A stretch of DNA of 60,754 nucleotides, counting the filler, from Sphacelaria rigidula (Eukaryota), in the NCBI GenBank assembly GCA_964200075.2. It is 9 parts of 9 records of this genome, joined end to end, with 100 filler letters (N's around TTAATTAATTAA, not from the genome) between each part and the next. Parts side by side here need not be neighbours in the genome. Positions count along the whole stretch, not along the records: positions 47,333 to 53,993 come from CAXNAA020018766.1; positions 54,094 to 60,754 come from CAXNAA020018767.1; 7 more parts are not named here. The stretch is one strand, 5' to 3'. The position numbers were made by a program, and so were the translations under genes. This document shows positions 48,335 through 60,754 of the stretch, one piece after another. The notes beneath the pieces are model-generated. The model was not told where the DNA came from, did no database searches, and saw nothing but the letters and a program-made list of their open reading frames with translations. Within the stretch, counting starts at the first letter, position 1. Every line of letters begins with the position of its first letter.

Positions 48335-50368
48335 CTGCACCCAGAAACAACCCACCAACAGCAAACACAAACGCGGCAGAGAATGCACATGAAATCCCAG
48401 AGCTACAAAAGTTCAAGTCTCCCGAAATTCCGACCGTTTTTGTCGCAAACATTGGGCTTGCTTGCACGTGCACCTATTTCAGATAACTACAGTGTAGTAC
48501 AGCAGGCTCAGGTAAAAGGGAGGGTCGATGCACCGACGCCGTATGGGACGCAGCACCGAGTTGTCGATACGGACAACTGCCGACTAGCCGACTCGAGGGC
48601 AGGCACGGTAACAGTGCACCACTGCCACGTCGCGTCATCATACGCACGTGGGCCCATGATTCGCCGGTGCACTCATCTGTTCGCAGTGCGTATTGCACAG
48701 CGACAGTCCCCAACATATGAGAATTATGTTTACATTCCCGTCTAGCAGTCAATGATATTCCCATCGACGGGGAAGAAGTATTTATGTCCCCTCAAAAGAC
48801 ACGCTCACGGTTCACCGTACTTCCCACGTATGGTCGGTACGAACCTCGGAACACACTAGAAGTACCACTGAAGAGTCTGAACCCTATCCCATGCTTACTC
48901 CATGGACCTCTCACATAGTCCGGGACACCGTCATTCGTCTACAATAAGCCGAAGCAGTATACTCTTATAGCATCCTCGGGAACAACAATTTTCCGTCCCT
49001 GTGTGACCTATGCGCCTATTTTTCACATGCAACCCACACCACGTTTTCTCTGCGCGCGTATGTACTATGCATCAACGCTTTGACTCACAATAATGTGTTG
49101 AATGTATGGACTTTCACTGTGGGAGCGTGGTCTGTACTTCAGTTACAGTACTTGCAGTAATCACTAAAAAAGCGGCTGTGTCAACCCGAAATAACTTCGA
49201 CATGTAAATGATTTTGTCTGAACCCGCCGCCAGTCGAAGCAGTGAAACCATCACTGTATTGGCCTTGATAGCCTTGATAGACATGACAGCCACGGACTCG
49301 ACCCGATTTTGACCAAGTCGTGTCTACCCTCTCTACCCGCCACTGCTGTACTTTCATTACCACAACGTGCATTCCATTTCCGGGATGGGAAATTTATCAT
49401 GGGCACCTGCAACACGTTGGATTCGTCGAATCGGGTGTGCACGCTGTCACGATCTGGTCAACGGGACTACATTTATCAAAATTCGCATCTCGAATTCGGC
49501 TTCTCCCTTCAAGTTCCAGTAGGACATCATATCGTTTTTTCAGATCAAGCATGAATACCAATATGAATTGCCGGTGCACCGCTACTCGTATGGCCTACGC
49601 GCTCGTGGACGTGCGTCACGTGCCGCATGATTGTGCTGCGCTGCAGTAGTGTTGGGTCATTGACAGTATAATTGAGTAGGGACCTGTCTGACGGATCTGA
49701 ACGGTCCAATGGATGTGTCTGGAGGATAAACACGAAACTATCCGGGGTGAGTCGTTACATACAAACAGGAAACGCACACACAACTTTTGCAGCATAGCAC
49801 AGATCCCCAGAAGCACGGAAGAGCACACAGTCCAACAGCAGCACTGCAGCTATGCGCTCTCAGTCTACAGCTTGGTTCGATTGGTCGTGTCCACAAGCTG
49901 TACCTCTGGGGTTGATACATTGATTTATTACATGAATTCGTGTATTCTAGTATTATCGATCATTTTCCATTCTACTGTATGTTTAAATAGTAGGTGGCAA
50001 CAAGCCTAGTGCTGCAAAAGCAGAAGGAGTAGCAGTACTTGTAGCAGCACCGCATGTTCACGGGATTACTTGACCGTACAGAAGACATACGCGGCACATG
50101 CGGTGCCACACCGTACAAGCACAGCGTGCCGCGTACTGTGGCAAGTGTTACCGATCACGGCTCGCCTGCTTATATCCATACTCATCGAGGTTGTCGAAGC
50201 TGGTATTGCTCCACGGAAATGGGGATGTGTGACTTTTTTCAAAACTCTTCACTTGCTTCATGTGCACAACTGGCCCGCACCGCGTATTTCGTGCGTCCAT
50301 CCATACCTCTGCTCCAAAACAATCGCCTGAGATTCAGGACTACTAATGTACTGTATGGGTATGCTCAC

Positions 50369-50548
50369 CTTGAGCCAGTACATGCCACGCTCGCCCAGTG
50401 GCCTTGCCTCGTCGAACATCAGGACACCTCTGCAAAAGTCTGAGCCAAGGATGTTGAGGTTTGGGGGCACAGGATACGTCCTTCCGCGAAAGTCCATATT
50501 ATACGGGAAGTAAAATACGTGGTCGCGAAACTCTTGGGCGATCGACAT
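50369..50548 (-). CDS. RPOT: RpoT exon
   Basis: cag acceptor and gtgag donor. Encodes MSIAQEFRDHVFYFPYNMDFRGRTYPVPPNLNILGSDFCRGVLMFDEARPLGERGMYWLK, with the DxRGRxY motif. Confidence 0.96.
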
Positions 50549-51247
50549 CTGTTGCGTGTCGAGGGACGTGAGAATTCAACGAAATGCGAGTTGACCCTTC
50601 GACCGCGAGGCCTCGTCTCGGAAAAAAGTTTTCCTCAATATTTCACCTCTGCTACCTCTTGTGTCTTGTGTCTTGTGTTGTAGTCGCACAAGGGTAGGAT
50701 GGGATCGCATTCTACACCACGATTATTCAGTGCAGTATTATCGACGATCAAGAGGAGGTTAGTGGCGACGACTGCGCACAAGGGAAGCCCTCTCTCTGTG
50801 TGCTTGAGTAGCCTGCTTGTCGCTAGGGAGATGGCGCAACACACAATACGGCGCGGTCCAGGCTTGGCTGCGAAGCAGGGATTTCGGCAGATGCAAGACA
50901 ACGATTCCGATCCCAAAAAGACAAAAGTTATCGCTAGTCCAGTCATCAGGAGGGGGTCTCGCTGGCAACGGATCCCCGCCGTGTAAATCGAGTCGCTAAT
51001 TGGTGTTCTCAGAACCGATGCCTCAGCTGTATAATTTGCACGGCTGCACCTTCCAAACACAGTTCAAAAGCAATCATAACCGGCCACAGGTCATGTACCC
51101 ACCCTCATTCTGCAGTCTCAATCGCTGAAACTATTGCGAAAACCATGACGGTCTCACCCACCTCATGCTCCAACGCTTTCAAACCAATTTGACCAATTTC
51201 ACACTACAGCGGGTCTGTTTGCGTCATCACAGCATCACCGTTCGCAC

Positions 51248-51301
51248 CTTGAGCTTCAAGTCGCATCGCATGGAGTGAAGGTTGGCATTCTTGGTCTTGA
51301 C
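51248..51301 (-). CDS. RPOT: RpoT exon
   Basis: cag acceptor and gtgcg donor. Encodes VKTKNANLHSMRCDLKLK, with the HSxRCD motif. Confidence 0.9.
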
Positions 51302-51914
51302 CTGCCAAACAGCAGTAAAACCGTCAAACGTGAGACACGCAAATGGTGGAGTACCAGGTAAGATAAGAGACTGACCGACTGACTCGCCCATTACTTGGTG
51401 AATCTTTCCTCTTGCCTCGAGGTTGGCATGGTTCATGTACTCCTGAAGGAATATATATACAAAAATATATTTTTATGACTTGACCGTTTGTTATTCAGAA
51501 TGCAAGTTTGGCCAAGAACGAAACTGTGACCTCCGGTTGACGCAAACGTGCTCTGGAACCGTCTCGGCGAGTAGAGCAAGTCATTCCAAGGTGTCAACAG
51601 CCGCCTAGCCATCTTTTCAGGGGGGAAATGACGGAGAAGGGCCAAAAATGCACTTTTCAACAAGTTTTTTTTTTATACATAAGAAGTAGCTTAAGTACCC
51701 AAAAGAGGGTAAGAGAAAACCGAAGAAATAGAATCGGACCAACAAATATTCACACAGACGCGATAATAGAAAAAAACGAATAAAACTAGAATAAAACAAA
51801 ATAAAATATTGGGCGTGGCGACCTAGGGTCCGACATCACGAGGTCCCTATCAAAAGCGAAGAGTGAATTGACTGCACATCATTCCAACAGCACCGGCACA
51901 ACTCGAGCTCTCAC

Positions 51915-52139
51915 CTTCTTCACACTCCGGCGGAAAGCATGTAATTTTTCCACCATTTCCGGGTCTTCCATGTCCTCCTTGCGAGCAATCTTCACGACAC
52001 CGTTGGGGTTGAGCACGAGGCCTGGAGGTGCCTCAGGGTAGGGAATCTCTGGGCGTTTCGGTAAGTCCCCAACTTCCAAATTCTTGGCCCACGCCTCGGT
52101 TGCCATGTCCAGTATCGATGCGTTCACCCGCCATTTGAC
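51915..52139 (-). CDS. RPOT: RpoT exon
   Basis: cag acceptor and gtgag donor. Encodes VKWRVNASILDMATEAW...LHAFRRSVKK. Confidence 0.92.
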
Positions 52140-52539
52140 CTGTCGCAGAGATTCACACGTCCGCCTCGACATATGTCGACTGCCCAGCTACATCCGGCCT
52201 GTGGGACACTGGCTGTCCGGCGGGGTATATTCCACCATAGTACGTGTCTGGACGCGACCAACTGGAGGGCTAAGAATCACTTTTTGAGGGTTGGTGATGG
52301 TCGATGGTTGATAGTCCAAGAGTCAACTTCGATTTCAAAACTAATGGTTAAGTGAGTCGATAACACCAGGTGTCTGCCTGGCGCCGCTGAACACTGCCGG
52401 CGACTATCCAAATACTGTACTGTTCTCCTCACCCAGACGAGACCACTCGTCGAAGTCGACACCTTCATATCTTCGAAGATACGCATTATACACGCTCCAC
52501 ATCGATCGCAAGTTTGGGGGGCACCGACGGTGTTCTTAC

Positions 52540-52746
52540 CTTACCGAGACAGTTGAGTCCATCGAAAACCCTACCAAGCTCAGCTTGCCGCAGAGCGTCT
52601 CTCTGCCCCTTGTCGCCCCACGTTCGCATGACATTGGTGCGCAGATTGAGGTAGCCTCCCTTGTCGCTACGAGTCCACTCCCTGGGAGGCACCAACATTG
52701 GCACAAAACGTGGCTCCACAAACTTTCTCACATCCTCGTCGATCAT
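52540..52746 (-). CDS. RPOT: RpoT exon
   Basis: cag acceptor and gtaag donor. Encodes MIDEDVRKFVEPRFVPMLVPPREWTRSDKGGYL...VFDGLNCLGK, with the PM(L/V)VPPxxW...GGY motif. Confidence 0.93.
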
Positions 52747-53062
52747 CTGTACAACAGAGAGTTCAACAGAAAGACAGCCCATGCATACAGGCAGTGCTGT
52801 TGCTGTTATGTGGGGCGAACGAGACATATGAATCAATGAAGCGACGCTTGGTTATTGAAACTGCAACTGCAACTACAAGGTCGCCATGTGGAAGTTGACA
52901 GGAAGGAGCAGCCCAACACATCGGGATATCGGAGAAACAAACGAAGGCGGTCCTCTTAGGGCGAAGGTGTCACCCAGGCGACGTGACATCTCCACGATAT
53001 CCCGATGGCATCAACCAACATATTGTTTCCATCAAAGTTCGGTCAGCGATCATTTCGTCCAC

Positions 53063-53278
53063 CTTGCTGTACACCGCCGGGTCCATGGCCACGACTCCGT
53101 GACGCCGCTTGACGTTCATGCTTCGAACTTCGTGGTAAAACGCGGGACGTCCATCTTCCGACCATGACGCAGTTTCCAGCAAGTATTTAATCAGGGCGGC
53201 CCCGAGCTTGATACGAGCGGCCAATGGCCAGTCTGCGTACTCCAGACTCTCCAGAGCCGTTTCCGCCAATTTGTTCAC
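53063..53278 (-). CDS. RPOT: T7/T3-type single-subunit organellar RNA polymerase (RpoT/POLRMT), first exon visible in the contig
   Basis: cag acceptor and gtgga donor. Encodes VNKLAETALESLEYADWPLAARIKLGAALIKYLLETA...PAFYH...GVVAMDPAVYSK. Confidence 0.85.
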
Positions 53279-54436
53279 CTGACAATGTCAACATTTCGTG
53301 TAATTTTAGCACAAACCCAATTGATTGTCCATGCCCACACGCTATCTGAAGTCGCAACAATTGGTCTTCGACGATCTTCAACCGTAGTCAACCTACTGCA
53401 TTGATATAACATATAAGGTCATCCAACGCCTCACTAGCGTTCTTCATGTCCCTATCACAAGTGCGGGCTTCGGGAGTACCGGATGACAACAAGTAATGTA
53501 TAGCCGGCGCTTCCCGCCAGCAAACGAACGCACTCCGCTTCGGCTTCTCATTGCACGTTTTATCTGTTGGAGTATAGGGCCCTCGTCTTCGCCGACGACC
53601 CTCGCTATATGCCATAGACGGTATATGTAGCGTTCAGTATGAAAGCGGTGTTTGCATAGGCGTTTACGAATTCTGACAGTGTGGGACGTACGTACAGAAA
53701 AACGGGACGGTGTCTGTCCTTGTTTCCCAGCTGCAGTGCCGCTGCCAGTAGAAAAGTTGGCCATCGCAGCTAGGTTGCCGCACACACGAGTACAGATACC
53801 ATCACCAGCAACAAGTAGCATTCATCTAGCAGCGGCCGACTGGTATATGCAGCACAAGTAGGGAGAGGTAGGCACGAACTAGCGCGCTTCGCAGAGGATC
53901 GATCGACTTTTACAGCATGTCCGGCATTGGCGGGGGCGCGGCTCAAGCAGGCGGAGATGAAAATCTGGCACCACACGGAGACGGCATAGCTGGNNNNNNN
54001 NNNNNNNNNNNNNNNNNNNNNNNNNNNNNNNNNNNNNTTAATTAATTAANNNNNNNNNNNNNNNNNNNNNNNNNNNNNNNNNNNNNNNNNNNNGTGTTAT
54101 TCCTTTTCAATATTATGGAGGCGGTATTTTTGAAGGTTACGAGGTTACCAACTGAGCCACCGGGGCGACCGGCACGCTAATCTCCAAAAATACCGCCTCC
54201 ATAATATTGAAAAGGAATAACACTGCATATGGGCGACAGTGACGAGAACGATTCCAAGCGTGGGAGTGTTCCCAGCTGCTCAGTGTGCTCTACTTTTGCC
54301 ATTTTGATTCACATGCAGATTTCGCCTCTTTCCCGACATGGCGCATCAATCAAAATCGTCGTGATCCACCATCAGAGTATACTTGCGAAGTAATCCAGAT
54401 CATTCACGAAGCCTCGTTTCGGAACAATTCCCTCAC

Positions 54437-54589
54437 CTTTTCATTGATGGACTCCAGAAGCGGAAACGCCGGACGAACGACGGGGAACTCCCGTGCGAAT
54501 TCCTCCGCAAACGCGGAGTATGACTGCAAGCCCGCGGCCATCTTGAGCGTCAGCTGCTCGGTCTCCGATGCGGGGGTAGGCCGAGGCAT
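54437..54589 (-). CDS. Probable first coding exon of an unknown gene
   Basis: caccATG context, upstream in-frame stop, high GC3 and a gtgag donor. Encodes MPRPTPASETEQLTLKMAAGLQSYSAFAEEFAREFPVVRPAFPLLESINEK. Confidence 0.6.
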
Positions 54590-57495
54590 GGTGATAATCT
54601 CGGTCGTTGCTCTGAGAGGATTCCTTCCTTTTTATTTCTCTTCCTAGATGATATTCTTCTCTCCTGTAGTGAAGATTATTTCCCTTTTTTCTTCTCCCCT
54701 CCCCTCTCCAACTTCCGTGTTATCGTCGATCGAAAAAAAAACGCCGCGCCTTTTATTTTACTCCTTCTTTATATTATTCCGTCACAGAGCAACCCTGCTA
54801 CTGCTGCTCCGTTGCGTTTGTGTTTCCAAGCGGCGCCTGCCTCCCTCCTGGCAAATCCAAGACCTGAACAGAGACACGCGATGGAGACAAAGATGGAGCA
54901 CGACGAATATAAAGGATGCGAGAGGAGAAAAACCGTTCAGATAGATGTCTCGTGATATACACGTGTCTTTGATAACTTGGAGCTATGTTACACTTTGAAA
55001 TCACCACACCGGACAAGAGATGATCGCGTTGTCGAAAAGTGTACTGCGTACAGTACCAACTAGTATTTATTGCCTCTCTTGCAACAAACAATCGATTCCG
55101 TACTGTGCGGAGTGCACTTCTATACATTGTAATATATTGTCATTATCCAGAATGCGTCAATCATATTTCCTCTGTTCGGAAATATTGGGAATATAAGCTC
55201 GCTTCAGGAAGTATGCGAATAACACGGTTCTTGACCAGGCCACCACCTGTATGTGTTCCGCACATCATTCGTACCACGTGCAAAAAAACAAAGCAGGGGA
55301 TGACGTGATATTGCCCCCGGAAAAAAAACACCCCCCCGCAATATAACACCCCCAAGAATGGGCTGGTTGCCGGCGTTGCTCGTGTGCTGTTGTTTGGTCC
55401 GACCACAAAAAAAGTGTTTCTACGAGCTCCGCCAAATCGGCACGAATTCCGCCGAATAAGGCGATTGAAAAAAAAATAGGGGGAAGGCCTCCGACCGGTG
55501 GTTTTTCCCCTCTTCGGCCAGGGACTCTGTGGTCACCGAGGGTATAGGTGGTGTTGTACTGTGGACTGACCAAAGACCTTGATTTTGGGGTGTTTTTCAG
55601 GTCGTCACGAAAACAAGAAAAAGCACCAAAAAAATCGCATTTGGGCCAAAGTTATGCCTCTTTTTCTCTGAGAGAGCCTATATATTCCCGAACAGAGGAA
55701 GTAGATAGGCTTGTGGGAAACGGGGTTGATTGATGGAAGCCCATCGCACTACTAGACAGTACAGTGTGGCTCAAGTGATAATGGACGAATAATGAAAACT
55801 AAGCTTTTACGCATATGGCGCATGGAATTAACCTCTAAGTGTTCACATGTATGACTGCATGGAATTGAAGCCCAAACTTCCAAACGTATGGCGCATGAAA
55901 TTGTGCAGTATTTCGTTTGGGTGTCTTGGCACGTGTTTCGACACACAAATTTCTGCTGTTATCCATGCAGTCTAAACAAGTGGTTCCCGTATAGTAACAG
56001 CATAAAAGCAGAGGTGGTCCGGGTAAGGCACCACGCCCCATAGTACCTAATCACTCCGTAGTGTCCGTATTTGCAGTACTGAGTGTCACCGGCAATGCAT
56101 CTGAGATACTCGTATCGACCACCCCAAATAATGAGTGAGTACTTCAGGGTAATATCTCGAGAATTTTTTTTTGTCGAAGGTTTATTGTGTAGGATATACT
56201 GTACCCGGTATGTACGGAAAGTATGAAAGATGAAAGACGTATTTTATCTGCAATTACTCTTCCGAACCATATCGGATTGTTCGGAACAAGGTTCGATACT
56301 CTGTCGGACCGTACCAAAAATGCTTGTACACATTCCGGTATGGTGTAAAATCCGTACGCACCCACTTCTACAGTGAGCACAAAAGCACACCCTCACGGGC
56401 GTGTCGGGTTGGATATACCCGATATTGTGATATTCTAATGAAGTGTAGATCCGAGCCATGCCCACAGCAGCAGCCAACCCAATGCTTTTGTGCCCCCCCG
56501 CAAAGCTCATACAAGTCATCGTGAGTGAATTTCGGCAGGTCATGTGCGAATTTTCAAAATACCACGATATCGGGTATACCCCACCCGACACGCCCTCGCA
56601 CATTTCTCCTCAAATTTTCATTGTGATAATGATTATAATTCGTTTGTTTAATTTGTCACGATTCGAACCCCTCCCCGTCCTCGGCATGAGTCCGTGGTCT
56701 CAAGGGACCAACCCATATCTCCCCCGGTACAGTACACGCCTTGCATTTTGGTCTCGCGGACTGGGTCATGACTATCAGCACTCCCGCGCCGCGTCAACTC
56801 CCGTCAAACAAACTCAGTCGACTACTTAGTTGACTCACGTTCTTTTGTACGAGTAGGGCACTGTTTTCGACTTCCTCGCCCGCCTTCTCCGACGATTCTC
56901 GGTTCGTCTTGGGTTGGGGTTTGGGTCAGAGCTACAGCGGCAAAAGTGTGCACTCCTCACTGTGTCGGTTGAGAGCCGTGCCATCGGGCTTTTCGACTCG
57001 CCACGACGCGTCACGGTTTTTCTATGATCCTAAACTTTTGATGTTTGTTGTGAGAAAAGAGATAAATGAGTACACGACACAAGTTTCGAGAAAAACAAAC
57101 AAACTTTTCACCCTCAATTTTGGACGAGAGTAGTACGGGCTCACCGGTCCTTTGGGGTCCGAATCGTGCACAGCCCCCAGTTCTCGCGCTTTGATATATT
57201 TCGATCGACCGAACTCATCCGAAGTGTCAGGGTATACAATTTAATCACTTCCTTTTATCGATTTTCTTAATTTGTATTGCGCTATCGCCGAAGAACGTGT
57301 TATGGGGCCACACCACCTGCGGTGAATAACACCCCCGCGACAAACAGGGTTCTACTTCGTATCGTTCCGACAAACAAACACAGGAGTGGAAAAAATGTGC
57401 CCTGAAAACGACGTGCTTTTTTTTTTCCCAACGCCTACCGACTCTCGGACTGTCGAGTGGAGGTGACGGATGGTCTACGGGTATGAAAAAATTAC

Positions 57496-57813
57496 CAGTA
57501 GCGAAGACAACACCACAATGTTTTCGTGAGATTGAGAGTAGAGGATACGATTGAAAGTGAAAAGCGGTCGATTAGTGAATGAATCGTTTCAGTTCCGAAA
57601 TGCCCCTCCAAGAGACCCGATATGCTTTGTTTAGCAGCTTGCCACTGAGGTTCATGATATCCCCGAGTAGGATATCGACGTGTAGCTATAAGCATCCGCT
57701 AGTGACACACACACGGAATGAAAAATTGGCCAAGTGAAGGTGAATGACCAAAGCCACTCTCAATCAGCTCTCTACTCTCAATCTCACGAAAACGTCGTTC
57801 ACTTTGACTACTG
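57496..57813. mobile_element. MITE, uninterrupted copy; relatives at about 35752-36040 and 42074-42720 (SINE-interrupted)
   Basis: Inverted arms GTTTTCGTGAGATTGAGAGTAGAG / CTCTACTCTCAATCTCACGAAAAC, with CAGTAG...CTACTG outer ends. Confidence 0.8.
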
Positions 57814-59594
57814 CAGCGTTACGTAGTGCACCACGTAGAGGAAGTCACGAGCTGACAGTATAGCACTAACAATGGCCATTCTTCAGTGTACGTCACCACC
57901 CACGAGCAATAACGAGCTGACAGTACAGCCCTTTCTCTAACCCAATAATTATGGGCACCTTTTGGACAAGATGCGTTGGTAGGGTGCACATCTGGACAAA
58001 GTGCGTCGTTAGGGGTGTACGTCTGAGATAGTGTGAGTGACTGCCCCATGCTTTGGAGGACGACGAGAGGTTGTGTACTGTACGCTGGAGAAGTACGAGA
58101 AGAGGTGCTGTGCTGAACAAAAATGGTATACTCAGACCCACTTTTATGGCAGGCACGAATCTCGATTTTTTCAAGATCGGGAAACGCATGTTACGGACAT
58201 GGATTTGGACCAAATCGGGGGAAATCTTTCCGAGATCGTGACTCCCCCCGATTTTTTCGAGGTCACGTACGTACATTGATGAACAATGCTAGAGTACGAG
58301 GCGTTTGATATTTTTGCAACGGCAGCAGCAAAAGAAAGACAGTCTCGTGACAGCAAAGGGCGTGCCTACTGCCGGCCCCGCTGCTGAAGCAACTCCGCAC
58401 AGCGATAGTAATATTTTATGCTGCGCTGCGCTTCGCTGTCAAATGTATCGCTATAACGAACGCTACGGTACTCTCCTGGCTGTTGTCGCTGTACTTGAGG
58501 GGGGATGTGCGGCACTGCACTACCGAACTCTGCTCGCGGACGGTTTGTTCTCTATTCTCGCAATACCGGCTGTGCCATCATGCTCGCATCATGTACAACC
58601 ATTCGGCATTATGAAGAACTGTACTGATGTAGTGTCCTGCACTGTATTACCCTAGGGTACCAAGGTACGACGAGGATTGTTTACCGCCTGCCTGCTCTTC
58701 GGCTTCATGCACGAGTACGCAGTACCGTACTGATGCAGAAAATGACCGTCCGTGTACGGATCCGTTTCACAAATCTGTGATACTGTACCGTCTATGCCAT
58801 AGGTCCCAAAAAAATCAAGATTCGTTGCCATGAAATTGGGTTCAAGCAGTGTATAGTAGTTGCGATAAACTGGTAGGTACCCTAGACTTCCGGCAATGAC
58901 ACGACCTAGAACTTCTTCCTTTCAACCATTGCATCAACTCCTTCCATCAGACCCGCGATCGAAGGGCAGATGATTCATTTCCTGTAACGTTCAAGTGCAG
59001 GCCTTTCCTTGAGGCGAGGGGGAAATGACGGTGGATAATAGTTCGGCGACATGCGTAGCACCCCCCCCCCGCCCCCGGTTCGCTTCGGTTGATTCGGGCA
59101 ATGATACGTGAGGAAGCCTTACGCGCCGTCCTTTCGGTAGGTTGAACGGACAAAACAAAAGGCTACACAACAGAGTCCTCCTGGTGGAGGAATCGGACCA
59201 AAATTACGTCATTTTGCACCGTAGAACAAGGTCACTGATCGCAGCACTGGTCAGACCTCACAGCTTTCGGGATGACCGCCACCCATCCAGGGTGGGTTAT
59301 GTGGGTCGACGAGGGTTGTCCATCACCTCAAGCGTGAATTAACTGATCCGAATCTCCATCTTCATGAGGGTGACTCAACCACACCATAACGCCAACTCCA
59401 TCCTTAACCCCAACGAAGGCAGGCAGCGAATCCTAGAGCAGAGCGGGTCTGCCATACGTACCCTACGTAGGTCAAGCGTGCTTTGACGCAAGTCCTCGCT
59501 GAGGCTCCAATTATTGGTGAAGGAAAAACAGCGTTGTGGTGCGCAAATGGTGCAAAAGTACACTTTTTAATCCCAAGAAACCGGATGGGCGTGA

Positions 59595-60416
59595 CAAATT
59601 TGCACGTGGGGTATGAAAATAAGAGAGAGCAGGTCGCGAACGCCTCCAGAGCCAAATCCGCAAACTCCCTCAATTTTACATGCTGAACAGACCAAACAAC
59701 AGTCGTACTCCAAAGCAGCTCACAGAAAGGGCAGCAACACCGAAAATATGTTTCTTGTAGTAGGATACCGCGAACGTGGGCGTTCATGAGTTCTCCGCTC
59801 GACATTATCGGGAACAAGTAAGTGAATCGTTTCCATCTCTTGGAGGCAATTTCTCAAAGAACAACAGGAATGTTGCTGCTGCGTCATTCAAAACAGGTCA
59901 TCAGCTGAGTGTTCAAACGTAATCCTGTCATGTGTGTGTGCGATTACGTAGCCACAACTGACAGCAGTAGTATTATGTCATACAGAGCTTCTCGTGCTCT
60001 GTACAGTTGACAAGTAGCACGATACAGGAACACCCCTACTCCTCGTGTCGCCGCTCCGATAGCCGCACAGTAAACACAGTGCAACAGGCGGTATTCTCGA
60101 TAGCAAGCAGCTGATGCATATACAGTAGTCGGTGTGTTCAGAACATCCTCTCAATCGAGCATGCGCAATGCTTGATTGACCAAGAACCCAGTACGACTGT
60201 TGGCTTGTCAACATCGAGTAGAGACTAGCTCATCGCCGCCGCCGATGTGGTCTCCTGCCCTACGACAAGATCCTTTCTTGCTCGCCCTGCTGTCGACTGC
60301 GACTGACGGTTGTTTCGTGTGTGCAGCATTTCGTTTTGAAATTGGGTACATTGTGGATTTGGTTCTGGAGGCGTTCGCGATCTGCGCGCTCTCAGTTGCA
60401 TACCCCACCTGCAAAT
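59595..60416. repeat. Diverged long inverted repeat (about 105-bp arms), probably part of a fold-back transposon
   Basis: TTTGCACGTGGGGTATG...TCGCGAACGCCTCCAGAGCCAAATCC is inverted against GGATTTGGTTCTGGAGGCGTTCGCGA...CATACCCCACCTGCAAA. Confidence 0.7.
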
Positions 60417-60754
60417 AGGTCGCGCCAACCGGATGCACTCACTGAAAAACCGAGAGCAAATCTTTATGAAGATTCGGATATTTGATTCTTCGCCCCGAAA
60501 TAGTCAACACTATCGTCCAGGTCTTGCCCCAATTCACCGAGAGGAAATGATGCCGATTCAACGTCAAGTTCGTGACGGCGAGGGTACGTAAATCATCCCG
60601 GCCATGCCGTAATTTTGTTGAGAGTGAAATTGATGTCGAGTAAACCCTTGGACCACGGGGGTGGGTTATCTGGACGTTACCTTCATTCTTCAAGTGAAAA
60701 TAATGCACGGTTAGGACACATAGTGATTCGTCAGGAAATTACTTGGTTTTAGTA

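Overview
This window is eukaryotic nuclear DNA and is not one locus. It is nine unrelated contigs (five of 6662 bp, then four of 6661 bp) concatenated by size with an artificial 100-bp spacer, N44-TTAATTAATTAA-N44. Short exons in long GT-AG introns and the repeat content suggest a brown alga or other stramenopile; this is an inference. Recognisable gene fragments are four exons of a GH36 raffinose-synthase/SIP-like gene (contig 1), exon 1 of RAD6/UBC2 (contig 2), two exons of CDC5L/CEF1 (contig 5) and seven in-phase exons of a T7-type organellar RNA polymerase (contig 8). There are also three exon sets of unknown function. The rest is dense in transposable elements: hAT-, CMC/EnSpm-, Stowaway- and Tourist-like non-autonomous elements, two tRNA-derived SINE families, minisatellites and a 6-kb TIR element. 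The most interesting signal is a non-LTR retrotransposon family that ends in a poly(C) tail. It is repeatedly inserted at G/C homopolymer tracts, with target-site duplications that include the tract, and a second family shares its 3' tail. All family assignments come from motif recognition by eye, not database searches. Most ORFs in the supplied track are spurious.
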